Shown here: positions 1 to 13,244 of the stretch, one piece after another
Numbering within the stretch: the first letter of the stretch is position 1
How the letters are laid out: each line of letters starts with the position of its first letter
Assembly (NCBI RefSeq): GCF_009914755.1
Contig: NC_060930.1
DNA length: 64,000 nt
From: the human T2T-CHM13v2.0 reference genome, Homo sapiens
Strand: one strand, 5' to 3'
Program-made: the position numbers and the translations under genes
The notes under the pieces: generated by a model
Told to the model about the DNA's origin: nothing
The model's database searches: none
The model's input: only the letters and a program-made list of their open reading frames with translations

Positions 1-985
1 ATCATAAGATGCAGAGACTTGTAGCAGATACATCTTAATAGCAGAGACTATAGAATGAGCCTTGAACCTACCCTTATCTGCTCCTGGCAACATTTAGAGA
101 TGTCGAGAGGAGGTCCACAAAATGAAACATATTAATATTTCATTTTCCTTTGACAAAATATACTCTTTAAAATTTTATACACATTCATTTTATTATTCCC
201 CCAGCAAACCTGCCATGTTAAACTGTTAGGTTTAACTGTTAGGACCTAGTAGGTGCACATAAGTGAATAAATAAATACCATAGGCCATCTCTGTGCTGGA
301 TTACTCAAGGGAGCAAAGGTCTGGAAAATCAAATGCTCAGGAGAATGTTCAGGAAACAGGGAGCAGTACAATACAGCTGATGTGTAAGGTATACAGAGAG
401 CCAAGGAATGAGATTTGTTTGGAAAAATGGATTATGTAAAATTTCATTGGCTATAGGCCTTATTGGCTGTAATTACAACAAAAAGCTAAGGTGCTCTAGG
501 AGTGAAAATAATTTCCGGAATTAGTGGCATGATAAGTGATTGTCAAATCCAGTGTAAGTTAAAGGATCACTATCCATAGAGATTAAAGCAGTTTAGATGG
601 ATCATTAGTTATACAACTGCCAGAGAAGTTGACTTAACTGCTCATATTTGAAACTGTGTACGCATGAGAGTGGTTAGTTCTACAGCCAGGCACGTGGGCA
701 TTGTCTGATGTAGTGGGATAATTGGACTGCTCCAGCACATCCCTTCTTGAGAAGGTACAGAACACATTTTACATGGTTTCACGTGTTTATAAAGCTGCAT
801 GTTGGCACAAAGACAGCAGACCTGCTCCACTTAGGAGAACTGCTCAGTCCAATAGTCAGGACTCAGCTGGGCCCTTGGAGCATGGAGCACGAACTCGGTA
901 ATGAGGGGCAGCCTGCCCAGTCTCAGAAGGCCCATTACCTCCTACTCCAGTAATAAGCAGGTACAGAGTGGGAGGAAGGGGCAAG

Positions 986-1418
986 TGTAAGAGTTAAAGA
1001 AAGAGGAAAGAAACACGAAAAGTGGTTCAACAGTCAAAGACAGGTTTATTTTGGAGAATAAACCTGAGAGGGGCTTCTGGACAATTTTTTTTTTTTTTTT
1101 TTTTTTTGGTCAGGAGCATTCTCTCTTACAGACTAAGAGTATTTAGCGGATCTGGGTGGGAAAATTTATCACAGGCTTGTAATGTTTCTGTGTGGAAGTG
1201 AAGTTTATTGCATGGTTGGAATGTCTGTGGTCGAGGAGGGGTTTATCTTATGGTTGGAATGTTTCTGGTTGGAGATGTCATTTGTGCTTTATGGTCAAGC
1301 TGACCTTAGACATTAGGCTAATGCCCTCTGGATTTAGGCAGTTTTTAGGCAGTTTTTAATCAAGGTGAACTTTAAAATGGCAGTGCTTGTCCAAGATGGC
1401 AATGCTCCTGCTCTATCA
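986..1418 (-). mobile_element. Solo LTR, probably ERVL class (family uncertain)
   Basis: TG...CA termini with a perfect 5-bp TSD GCAAG (981-985, 1419-1423). Contains a T-run at 1085-1107 and a 12-bp tandem duplication TAGGCAGTTTTT. Confidence 0.75.
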
Positions 1419-1694
1419 GCAAGAGTGATGAAGCTTGGGACCTTGGGCGAGGATATTTTTAAGTGCTAAATAATAAAAACTAGTTTTTTTCTGGGTATGA
1501 TGAACTGTGTAGTACAGTTGAAAGTCCAATCCAGAATCATCTTCCTGGCCCTTTTGTGCCACCATTTTCTTATCTGCCAAATGAGGGCAATAATTCCTGC
1601 CTTATTATATACTGTTACTGTGAGGATCAGATGCATGATGTATGTGAAAGAAGTGGATACTATTTATTTTTTGCTACCTTTTTTTGTATTTTGC

Positions 1695-2115
1695 CTTTTT
1701 AAAAACAGCTTTGAGTATACAAGCATGCAATAAATGCAATAATGCATGATAAGCATGCAATAAACTGCACGTTAGAGGTGTACAATTTGAAATTCTTGAC
1801 AAATATATACAGTTATATATATATATACATATATACAGTTTATATATACTATTTATATATATATAACCACAATGTAGATATATACACATTATAGTTAACA
1901 AAGCATCACCACAATTAAGATAATGAGCATATTCATCATGTCCCTAAATTTCTTATGCCTAGCTCTCCTGCCTAACCCTTTTGTCCCAAGGAATCCATGG
2001 ATTACTTTCTGTCACATTGGATTATCTTACATTTTCTAGAATTTGTGTAAATAGAATTATACACTATGTATTCTTTTTTGGGAGTGGGGGAAGTCTGACT
2101 TCTTTTGCTCAGCCA
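1695..2115 (-). mobile_element. L1M (L1MA/MB-type) 3' end with (TA)n
   Basis: Resembles the antisense L1M 3'UTR (acagctttgagtata...tacaatttga...ttttctagaattt). Confidence 0.6.
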
Positions 2116-2124
2116 TAAATAGAT

Positions 2125-2930
2125 GCCATTTATTAAACATCTTCAGTGCAACAAGAACTGGACTAGGCACTCTCTGTTCAATACCTCATTTAACCCTCTC
2201 AGACAAGTATTGTCATGCCATTTTACAGACATGGAAACAAGTTTGGTGAGTTAAAATAACTTGTTCATTTATTTATTCATTTAACACATTTGTTTTGAAC
2301 CCTTACTATGTGCCAAACATGGTAATAGATGGATAGTAAAAATAAATAAACATAGAAGTAAAATTAATAAAAATAAGACAAAAATAGATCATATCATGGT
2401 AGGTACTATGCAGAGAGTTAAACGGAGGTGCTGGGATTATGTGACTGGGTGGTATATCTGAAGAGATACCTTTAAGTAGATGACTGAGTGGTACAGACAC
2501 ACCAGCATCAAGCCAGGAAGGAAGGATGATAGCAAAGTCCCTGAGACTGGAAGACTTTTGTATGTTGGAGGAATGCAATTTAGGGTAGTGTAGCTGGAAT
2601 GATGTGGACACAGGAAAAGTGGTGGAAGATGAAGTAAGGCAGGGACCAGATCTTATAAACCAGAGATACGTTTTAGGATTTTTATACTGAGTGAAGCCTT
2701 TGAAAGATTTTTAAGAAGGAAGTGACATTGTCTGATTAAGTTTTTGGTTGCTATGTGAAGAATATATTTTAGGGAAGAGGAGAGAAAGCAAGGGGACCAA
2801 TCAGGAGGTTGCTCAGTACATCAGGAGAGAGCTAACGGTGGTTGGGGCCAGGATGGCAATGACAGAGATAGAGCAAATTGGAAGGATCCAGGACTCATGT
2901 AGGAGGTGAGGGTCAACAGAATCACTTGTG
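2125..2930. mobile_element. MIR fragment followed by L2 fragment
   Basis: MIR core (ccattttacagac...gagttaaaataacttg), then an L2 end (ttcatttattcatttaac...tactatgtgcca). Confidence 0.6.
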
Positions 2931-2964
2931 GGACAAGGGGGAAAAAAGGATAATTCACAGATAA

Positions 2965-4420
2965 TTTTTTATTGTATTAATAAATTTATATCCTGTAAAA
3001 ATTTCAACACACACAAAAGTGGAAGAAATAAAATGAATCCCAAATATCTTTCATCATATTGAATAATTATCAACATGTTTCTGTATTTGCTTCACCTATC
3101 ACATCTGTCTGTGCTGAAGTATTTTAAAGAGATATCCTTGATGCCATGAAATTTCACACCAAAATACACAGGGCTGAAAAACTACCTATTGGGTACTATG
3201 CTCATTACCTGCATGATGGGATCATTTGTACCCCAAACCTCAATGTCACGCAAAATACCCATGTAACAAACCTGCACATGTACCCCCTGAATTTAAAATA
3301 AAAGTGGAAACTAGGAAACAAAATGTGAGAACATTTTCTTTCATACTTGCAACCTGATTATTATTCCTAACAAAATCAGTAGTAATTTCTTGTATCAATT
3401 AGTACCTAATCCTCAAATTTCCCCAGTTATCACAGAAAAAATGCCTTTCTAATGTTTGCTTGAATCAGGATCCCATAATCAATACTTTGCATTTGACTGT
3501 TAAGTTGCTTCAGATTCTTTTAATCTAGAACAGATTCCTCCTCTCTTTCTTTTTCCCATGCTATGTGCTGGTTGAAGAAACGAAATTGATTTTACTGTAG
3601 AATGCCCTAAACTTTGAAGACAGATGATTACTTCCTAACTTGTAAACAAGTTTGGTGAGGTTAAAATAACTTGTTATTCATTTGTTCATTTAATACATTT
3701 GTGTTGAAAACCTAGTATGTTCCAAACGTGATAATAGACTGTGAGAAAGGAGTGTTGGCTCGTCAGTACAAGGCCTTGTGCTGTTGGAGCTTATATTCCA
3801 CAGAGAACATGGATAATAAAAATAAATTCTCAAGTAAGTAAAAATAAATAAGAATAGTAATTAATACATAAAAATGAGGCAAGGTTATGTCGAGGAGACG
3901 TTAACTTGTTCTCTATTCTCCATATTTCCTATAAATTTAAAGTTAGATCTAAAGACTTGATTAGACTCAAGTTAATCTTTTCTGACAAAAACCCTTTATA
4001 GATGTTGTGTGAACTTCAAATTACATCATATCGAGGGTCATCATGTCTGGTTGTCCCACTCTTAGAGATGGTGATGTGGACAGCCTGATCTTCCAGTGTC
4101 AAGATGTATTTCCCCTTTTATAACTAGCCATTAATCCATATGATCATATGACAATAATGTTCTGTCATCAACAAGTTCTATTTGTTTTTTACTAAAAAAC
4201 AGTTCATAGAGTTCATATTGAAATATTTAAGCATTTAGCTTTTTTTTCTTCTTCTTTTTTTAACGTTAGTTTCCAATAGGAAGTTGCTGCCAGAGCAATC
4301 TCAATGGTGACTAATGAGTTTATTTTTGGATTTCCTTTTTGTGGAATATTATAATGAACTCATGGACTTTCATATGATATTATATTCAAATAATTGCAGT
4401 CAATAGTCTTCTTGGTCCCA
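2965..4420 (-). mobile_element. Old L1MC-type 3' fragment containing nested inserts
   Basis: L1MC-like motifs (ttgaatcaggatcc, ttgcatttgactg, ttttaatctagaacag, tgtctggttgtccc). Confidence 0.55.
3168..3312 (+). mobile_element. Short L1PA15/16-type 3' end
   Basis: gaaaaactacctattgggtactatgctca...catgtaacaaacctgcacatgtacccc...aataaaag. Confidence 0.75.
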
Positions 4421-4678
4421 AGTTGGTTAACAGGGTTCTGAGTGGAGTATGAAGAAAAAATGGCCTCTGAAAGAGCTGCAGAGGAAAAAGTGCTATTGGG
4501 AGGGTGTTTTATGTTTGTCAAGATGAAGCAGCTCATAAAGAGACAGGTCTACTTGATGCCAAAGCTCATGCTTCCATTACTCCCAGCCCTTCCTAAAATG
4601 AAGTGTAAAAGTAAAAGTACTTTCAAAAATAAGAATATTGCTTTTTAGTGATATCCTGCTTTGAGTGTATTAATCAGC

Positions 4679-6300
4679 TTTTCTTTTCTTTACTTTTTTT
4701 CTTAGAAAGAAACATTTAATGGGGGTTTATGAACAGAAGCTATGTCTGTGTCTTGGCCAGTAGTGAGACAAGATCGTGGATCCTAGCACCATTACCCACC
4801 AGACCCCAGATTATATACTTTAGGGGAGGGGCGCTTGTGCTTCAGAGGAAGGGGATAGGAATTTGCATTTAAGGGCAAGAGTTTTGGTATATAGGTGCTC
4901 TTACACAAAGGACAATAGATAAACTAGAAATCTCAGAGGCACTCCCGTAATTTGGGTTAATCGGAAGCCAATATGGCAGATTAGCACCCAAGGTGAAATT
5001 TTTTTGGCCTTCACACTTCACCCTTCTAATCCAGCTGTTACAATCTCATGCACCTTCCTCTTCCATGATGGTCCCTGAGCTTTTAGGAACGGTGTTTAAT
5101 ATGTTGTAGCTTTAGCAGCAACACACTGGCAATGAAAAACAACAGGCCCAGTGGGATTCCAAACGGGGTAGATTCACAGGGTAATCATCTCTAGTCTTCA
5201 GAATACAATGACTTCCATTTTCTCAGAAAAAGTAAAACAATGAGATACATAACATTAATAATTTAAATAGTAGAAATATAATGCACACAAATATTACAGT
5301 CAAAAGAGAATTTGTATGCCACAACAATAATAAAAATAATCTATTCCATAAGAAGTCAACTAAAGACGTCATGAGGAAAAATAAAACCTGGTTATTTTTT
5401 AGAGACTTCTTGTAGCCAGGAAATAATTCAGGATTAGCCCAAATTGTAGGCAAATAACAAAATTCAAAACAATGCTCAGGGCTAGAAACTAAAGTTTTCT
5501 TTCCCCGGTTTCCTCATTTCTACCAAGAATAAATCATAGTAGGACCAATTTATTTGCAAAATAAATTTTGGTCTCATTATATTTGGCCTGGTTATTTGCA
5601 TAAAGCATATAAAAAGTGGTGATCAGCGTATAGGCTCTTTTTAAATTGGTTTTACTGGAACTTTTATAAGGAATTTCTAATTCAACTTTTTAAAAGCTTT
5701 GAGGCCAGAAGCCAAGCCAAGCATTCACCATTAGACTGTGCTTGTAATATCTATACAAATTTTGCTCTTCTTGAGGTCCCAAAATATCTTGAGGTTTCTG
5801 GGCCCACTAGAAAGTGGCATTCTTGGCTAGGCAAAGAGGCTGTAACCCCAGCACTTTGGGAGGCCTAGGCGGGTGGACCACTTGAGGCCGAGAGTTCGAA
5901 ACCAGCCTGGCCAACATGGCAAAACCCATTTCTACTAAAAAATACAAAAATTAGTCGGGCATGGTGGCAGGTGCCTGTAATCCCAGCTACTGAGGCATGA
6001 GAATCACTTCAACCTGGGAAGCGGAGGTTGCAATGAGCGGAGATCACACCACTATACTCCAGCCTGGGTGACAGAGTGAGACTCTGTCTCAAAAGAAAAA
6101 AAAAAAAAAGAAAGTGACATTATTTATCACAGTATCACAGGTCAGAAACCTTGTAAGGAAACCATTTAGACAAGGTCCTGGGCCAGTCTTTTCAAGGGGC
6201 TTTTTTATTGGCTCTATACAGTCAATCTCAACCCCTCAATCTGGTCATATCTGAAAATATGCCATTCCAGTCAAAGCCTTGGTAAAATAACCAATATCTG
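4679..6300 (-). mobile_element. MER4-group ERV1 3' internal region plus U3-R of the 3' LTR and A-rich tail, inside an MLT1 LTR
   Basis: Internal region ~5016-6300, purine tract, LTR ~4701-5013, minus-strand ATTAAA at 4715-4720 and A-rich tail at 4679-4700. The MLT1 starts at 4666 (tgtattaatcagct) and resumes at ~6300. Confidence 0.6.
5825..6110 (+). mobile_element. AluS
   Basis: Dimeric Alu with polyA. Degenerate TSD agaaagtggcattctt / agaaagtgacattatt. Confidence 0.92.
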
Positions 6301-6726
6301 TGATGTCAAATAATCCCCAAATCTCAGTGAATTGAAACAAACATCTATTCCTTTCTTATATTACAGTCTTTAGCTATGAATTGGCTATGACTGCTGGCTC
6401 CTTTTCAGTTCTGCTCCATGTGTCTTCTTCTGAACCCCAGGTTGCTGGAGTGGTCACAATATGGTACAGTCTGGTGGCAGAGGGGAGAGAGCAAGAGAGA
6501 GGTGGAATATGATGATGTCACTTAGATCTTGTATACATGGTTTACATCACATCTGCCCATGTTCCATTGGCTATAGTGTGTCGTAGGACCAAGCCCGATT
6601 TCAGTGGGGTAGAGATGTATATTCCAATAGGAGGCCCTGCAAATCACATGGCAAAGGCAGGGAATCAATGTTTTCTTACAGGGAAGGGAAGAACAAATAC
6701 TTGAGAAAAATTATGCAAGCTATCAC
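6300..6726. mobile_element. MLT1 (MaLR) LTR remainder
   Basis: ccccaaatctcagtg, ctgctccatgtgtc, catgttccattggc motifs. Confidence 0.6.
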
Positions 6727-7401
6727 GATTGCCATTATCTGGTAACCTTCATAACAGAAATGGAGACATGAGTATAGCATTATGCAAACATAATATCTAA
6801 ACAGTCAATGTAGATGCAGGGCATATAAGAATAAAAAATGATCACTATCAAGTCCCACAGAGCTTAAAGGAGAAAAAAAATCACTAATGTAAAAATGCAT
6901 AATATACCAGAAAGGATTATGAAATGTTTATTTTATTATTATTTTAAAGAGTCTGTGTGTGTGACAGTTTAACTTTTGTACTCACAGAGGCATTCTTTAG
7001 TTCTTCATTCAAAATTTAATTGCTCTTAATTTACTCACAATTCTAAGAGGCAGATTAGAAGCAGAATGTTGTAGGTTGTGGTGGGCATGGAGCACACTGG
7101 AGGCAAACAGTAACAAAATGAAGGAGGAAGAGTCAACAGCAAAAGAAGTCTTAAGAATAACTAAATCAAGGATAAATAAAATCTCAGGAAACAGAGCTAT
7201 CTGGGAGGATTTAGGAGCAAATGACTTTGTACAACCTAATACTTCTTAGCATGCAACAAACTATCTTTTCTTCTACAGTTAGTGCCGTCTTCTTGTCTGC
7301 CACGAATTACATTCCTTCCCACAAGAGAAACATGCATAGATAAAAATCACGTGCATTTAGTTGCTGTTTTCAGAAAATCACTATTATAATGCATATGAAT
7401 A

Positions 7402-7822
7402 TATATCAGTATGGACAGGCCAAGTTATCCTGTAGGAACAAATAACTCCCAAAATTTTGGTGGATGAAAATAATAAAGGTTTATTTCTTTTTCATGCTTC
7501 ATTTCCAACGTGGTTAAGCGGGAACTGGGGGCTCTGCTCATTATAGTTGCCCACGGCCTCCAGTCAATGAAATTTCCGGCCAATGAAATGCTCTACTGTG
7601 ACTGAAGCAGCAAAGAGAAGATGGTAAGTTATCCACAGGCACTTAAAGCCCCTGCCTAGAAGTGCTACATGTCACTTCTCACATTTCATAGTCAAAGCAA
7701 ATCACAAAGCCACTTCAAGGGGCAGGGAAAAACACAGGACCTTTCAAGGAGAGGGAAATGCAATTTCCCTTCTGCCCAAGGGGAAAAATTAGAGATATTT
7801 AGGGCATGGCATTAATGACCAG
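7402..7822. mobile_element. MLT1K-like LTR
   Basis: tatatcagt...aaggtttatttc...atgtcacttctcacatttcatagtcaaagcaaatcaca...attaatgacca. Confidence 0.65.
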
Positions 7823-10291
7823 ACATATAGGACCACAATGTGAAAAACAGTTCATACACATACCACAGTGTGGTCCTATGTGTCTGGGCCTCCTGAAAAT
7901 ATAGAACAATTTTGTTGGATAGCCTGCCTAACTCTGAGCAAGGAGATATTATGTCCCCTGTATCTATTTTGACTGTTTATGATATTATATTTGCATAAAG
8001 CCCTGAGGAAATGAGACACTGTGTTGGTGAGGTTTGATGGGGCATGATAGATATAAAGGAGTAGTGTGGGGTGTGCGATGGGGGAATCCTGTGAACACCC
8101 TCAGCTCTGGGGAGGTTGCAAGTTCCCAAAGTGCTGAGGATTATAGTGCATTATTTTCCTGATCTCTTCCTGTTCTTCCTGCTTTATTTAGAGAGTTAGG
8201 TATTCGGCAAGTTTCTTGTATTTCCTTCTCCCCTCCATTTTCATTCTCTTCTTCTAATACTGCCTAGAATAAGTGGTTCTTCACTCTGCTTCACACTGCT
8301 GCCTTGTTTTTCCACAAGCAGAACCCTGAGAAAGGCTCTGCTTATATTTCTTCTTCTTTTAATGTTGAGCCCTGTGACATGAGCATTTGGGCTCACATGC
8401 TATGGTATGGATTCTTAAAGGAATATGCTCATACACTCTACCTGACCCAATTTCACTTTAACTTTTTGAAGGGTGGCTTTGAAATCAGAATTGGATGCAG
8501 AGGGAGTCCCAGAGGCCAACACTGTGAACATAAGAAGGGAAAGACCAGTTCTGCAAGCACAGATGTAATTTTGAGAAGCAGAGCTACAGGTAATTAGCAC
8601 ATGGTCCCTAGAAAAATAGGCACAATGAGTCGACTAGAAATACACACTGTCTCTTGAGAGCAAAACTTCACAATCAGCACTGGTTCTTCCACAAAGGGTG
8701 TTTCTGGGTCATTGTTCTTTCCAACCACAATTAGTCACACTTGTTTTTTACTTGGTGGCTTGACAGATTGGCCACACACTACTGAGGTATGTGAACTTGC
8801 TGAGCTGGAAAGTGCTGCTGCTCATATGCATGACCCACTACACTCTTGAGGATCTACACTTTCTGAGTAATGAAGCTGTGGGATTCTCAGGCATGAAATA
8901 TTGTGGAGGTAATGAGCTGAGTCTTGATACATCTCTTAAATAGTCAGAGCTGCAGACCTCATGGCCTCTGATCTTCCATAGAGACCTGGATAGAGCTGAG
9001 TATTGTTTGCAAGGCATTGGATGCTATAACTATCTTTCCAGATGGGTCCCAAGGAGATGAAGGCCCAGAAGATCTGAAAAATATGTGTATGAATTTGTAG
9101 GCAAGACCACACAGAATCAGGAGCCCCTCCCTACACTGTCAGACTAGGTCCTCCAAAGTTGACTTTTACGTTCTGCAGTCTAGCCCTGGCTTGTCCTTTC
9201 TTGTTTATGCCCAACTTGTCCTTCTTAATGACTCTCCATTGTGGTTTGAACTTTCCCGCCCATACATTTGCCTATCAATTTCAACACACTATTCTGATTC
9301 TAATTATTCTTTAGAATTGAGCTTTGACCTCATGTTGTCTATGAATCCTGTCTAATCACTTCTGCTGGAAAATGTCTTGCCTCATATTTCCTATTTTACA
9401 CAGAGACCATTCCGGCCTCCTCTCCCATTTATTTCCTGCATATAGAAGCATCCTGCGTTTAACATTGTGAATGTATCTCATGCTCCCATGAGTAATATCC
9501 TTAAAGACCAAGACATATGTGTGGGAAGTGAGAGAGGAAGTGTAGAGATGTAAAGATATTTTACATTCTTTTGTGTATTTAAGTTGTCAGCCTAGGTTAC
9601 CACACCTACTGAAACATAAATAAAATCTCACATCTTCTGGGAAATTCAGGGCCTCCCTCCAAGATTTCTACAAATTCTGGAAGGTTTACAGTCTCCTTTT
9701 CATAGTTACCCTCATTACCATTTCCTGTTGGTCCTGAATCTCACACATGTCGCATCTCCTCAAGACTTTACCTTATCTCAGCTTTGAACCTACCTGACTT
9801 GAAAACTACTACTGTTCTTGGATTTTCCTGATAATATGGCTCATGTAAGGCATTCATAGTAGCAGACTATGCTGAAGTCTTGTAGGGCTTAGACTCCTTT
9901 ATACCATGCAGTAAAAATAGCATACTAGATATTTCTTTTCTTCACTGTTATTTCAGTACCCGTCAACGGAGAAATTTCTCACTAGCTAACTCCACAAGAC
10001 ATGCACCTATGCAATGGGATATCCCCTACAGGACCGGATCCCTTCCCTCTCTGCATGTTTTCAATCCCACATAAATCTCCCCTTCTGCAATTCTTAAAAT
10101 CCTTAATGTTTTAACAAACATTTAGCTATCTCTTATCACATTTCCAACCACATTTTAGGTGTCTTGTCTTTCACACCCCAAACAAAGTAGCAGGTCAAGA
10201 AGGCAAGCTAAAAAGAAGACCATTGACGTTGGAGAGCAGGCATGCTGAGTACTACCTCAGGGGCAGCTGGGACTCAGTAACCGTTCTTTTA

Positions 10292-10765
<474 letters not shown>

Positions 10766-12829
10766 TCACCTGCCCCATCATTCACACTTCCTTTCCTAGC
10801 TCCCAGATTTCTGTCTATTGTTGTTAGCTGGTTGCCACTTAATCCCCGGTAAAAGTTTATCTTACAAAGGTGTAAAGCATGTGTAGCACTCCTTTCCGCT
10901 TCTCCATCACTTACCAGAAAACAAAAAAGCCTTCAAGATTCAAAGTAAAGCAGCTAAGCATTTAAGTATGAAGATAATATTTAGCCTGAAGGTCCTGCCA
11001 GTTGTCCCTTAAATGCCACTTGCTAAGTGGCTCAATGTACTGTAAGACAGCATCACTTTGGGTACTTGTTGAAAGTGCAGAATCTTACTGGATCACAATC
11101 TATGAGGATTCTTACTGCATTCTTAATAAGCTCCTTGAGGGATTCTTATGCTCAAAAGCCTGAAAGCTATAGTGTAAATGCATTCTCATACATGTGTTTC
11201 AGAGAAAAAAAGGATTCTTCCCTTCTTAGGACTAGTACATCTTCCGTCTTGATCCTTCTGCCTTCTCATGGAGGAAAATATGAGTTCATTATGCTGTATT
11301 GACAGCCAAACACATTTCTGTTTTGTTTTCATGTTGGCCACAATAAACTGTTTTTTTAAATAATAAATCAATTAGACTTCTTCATCATAAACAGATTTCT
11401 GAACACAACCACTTATATTGTGAACTTATGTGACACACTCCTTTTTCCGATAAGTAGCTAGAGAGTAAACAAGAAGCATACAGATAAATTTGGTGGCATT
11501 TTAAATTACATAAGAAAATGAAATAGGAAGTAACCTCAGCTGGAATGTGACTTGCAACTAGAACTACTGAACATGGCATACCTGGTGTGAGCTTGGGACA
11601 CGTGAGTAGGACTTTCAATGGTCAGCCACCTCTGCTGCCTTTCAGACTTATGCTTTCTTTAGAGGCAAGTCCCTGGACCCTTGAAGTATGGGAATTTAAT
11701 GCTGACACCAGCAGAAAAATGCCACCCTTCTAGTCCCCTGCAGCTATTGCTTGACTTTCTTGGATTGCAGCAGAACTCACCTCCTCTGCAAATCCTGACC
11801 CTGCTGAGTGTGTGAGCTCTGGCAGTGTGTCCAGGCTAAATTGGCACACACTCCCTCCTGTCTGTTTGGGTGAGTCACTGAGTGTTCAGAGCACATTTTC
11901 CCTTCATTGGCTGCCAGCTATAGCTATTGGCTCACTCATTCTCTTTGGAACAGCTCAGCACTCTTGTGCTAATGCAATTGCTTGAACTGATGTACAATTG
12001 TGTAGAGTCCTGCAGGAAAGCATAAAACTGCTGAAGGCTGAGACCTGTCTCATCTACCGGGAAGTCAGACAAAGATGCTTACCTTGGTTTACTTGTTGCT
12101 AACATACTCATCCTATTTGTGGCCCTCTTATGGCTTCCCAGTGTATAGAAACCTCACAAATTGCAAAGACTCAAAAGTGCCAGTGGCCAGGAAATCAAAG
12201 ACAAATGTTTCCCCTTTCGTCTGCGTCTTAAGATGAGAAACAAAGGGTTTGTATATCTGGAAATATGGGCAATTTTTCTCCTTTTTCTGCTATTCTCAGC
12301 ACTTGTGTATTTTGGAGTGCATTAGCTGAAGCTTGTATATAGACATAGATTTCACGTAAGTTAACTGTCTTCCTATATAAGCTACTACCTTCATTAAAAG
12401 CAGGGAACTATTCTCTTTTGTGTCTATCACAGAACCCAGTTATAGGTTGAGTTCAATGAAGCCTTAGAAAGGCTTGTTGAAAAACTGAATGGGGCAAACT
12501 CTTGTAGAAAAGCCAGGAGTGTTGAAGGAAGGACTATTTTGCCAGTCATCTTAATTTTTTCTGCACAATTTCTGCAGATCAAAGGAAGGCTTCACTTATT
12601 CTTGGAGAGAAGAAATGCATAATAAATCAGTCTGCAGTAACCTAATTTCACCTCCTGGGTCAAACAAATAGCCAGAATCAAGTTTTAAAGAAAAAGTGTT
12701 TGTGGGAATCTGGGCACATGACAGAGGCTGGGCATTTTATGTGAATTTGTCCACGTGTATGAATGTCTTAATTTTTCCAGTTATTGTTTAGTGGATGGAA
12801 GAAGCAGCAGGAGCTCTGTGAAGGCAGAC

Positions 12830-13080
12830 AGTGTGTATGGTGGTTTAGATCTTGGACTCTGAAGTCAGAGATTCGAAACGGATTCCTGTCTAGGCCACAT
12901 ACAAACTCAGTGAATACGTGTGACACCACTTAACCTCTTTAAGCCTCAGGTGCTTCATGTATCAAGCATGTGTAATAGAAATCCCTCATGGAGTTGTGGT
13001 TAGAGTTAAATGAGATAATTAATGTCAAGTGCTTAGCCAGGTAACTATAGTAATCAATAAATGATAGTTATTATTACTAA
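12830..13080 (+). mobile_element. MIR
   Basis: cacttaacctctttaagcctcag...ttaaatgagataat...aagtgcttagc. Confidence 0.7.
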
Positions 13081-13244
13081 TAGTGTTTGATTACATGTGG
13101 ACATTGAGGGATGGGGTGACTGAGACTTATATTCATATATTAATTTGTTTCTAATGTTGACCTGAATTTCTATGTAGTTCACTGTGAGAAAAAAAGTAAA
13201 AAAATCACCTAACTGTCATGAACAAAACTAAGCTAAATATCAGT

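Noticed and set aside
218-243. 13-bp tandem duplication (tt(a/t)aactgttagg x2)
   Set aside because: Ordinary micro-duplication.
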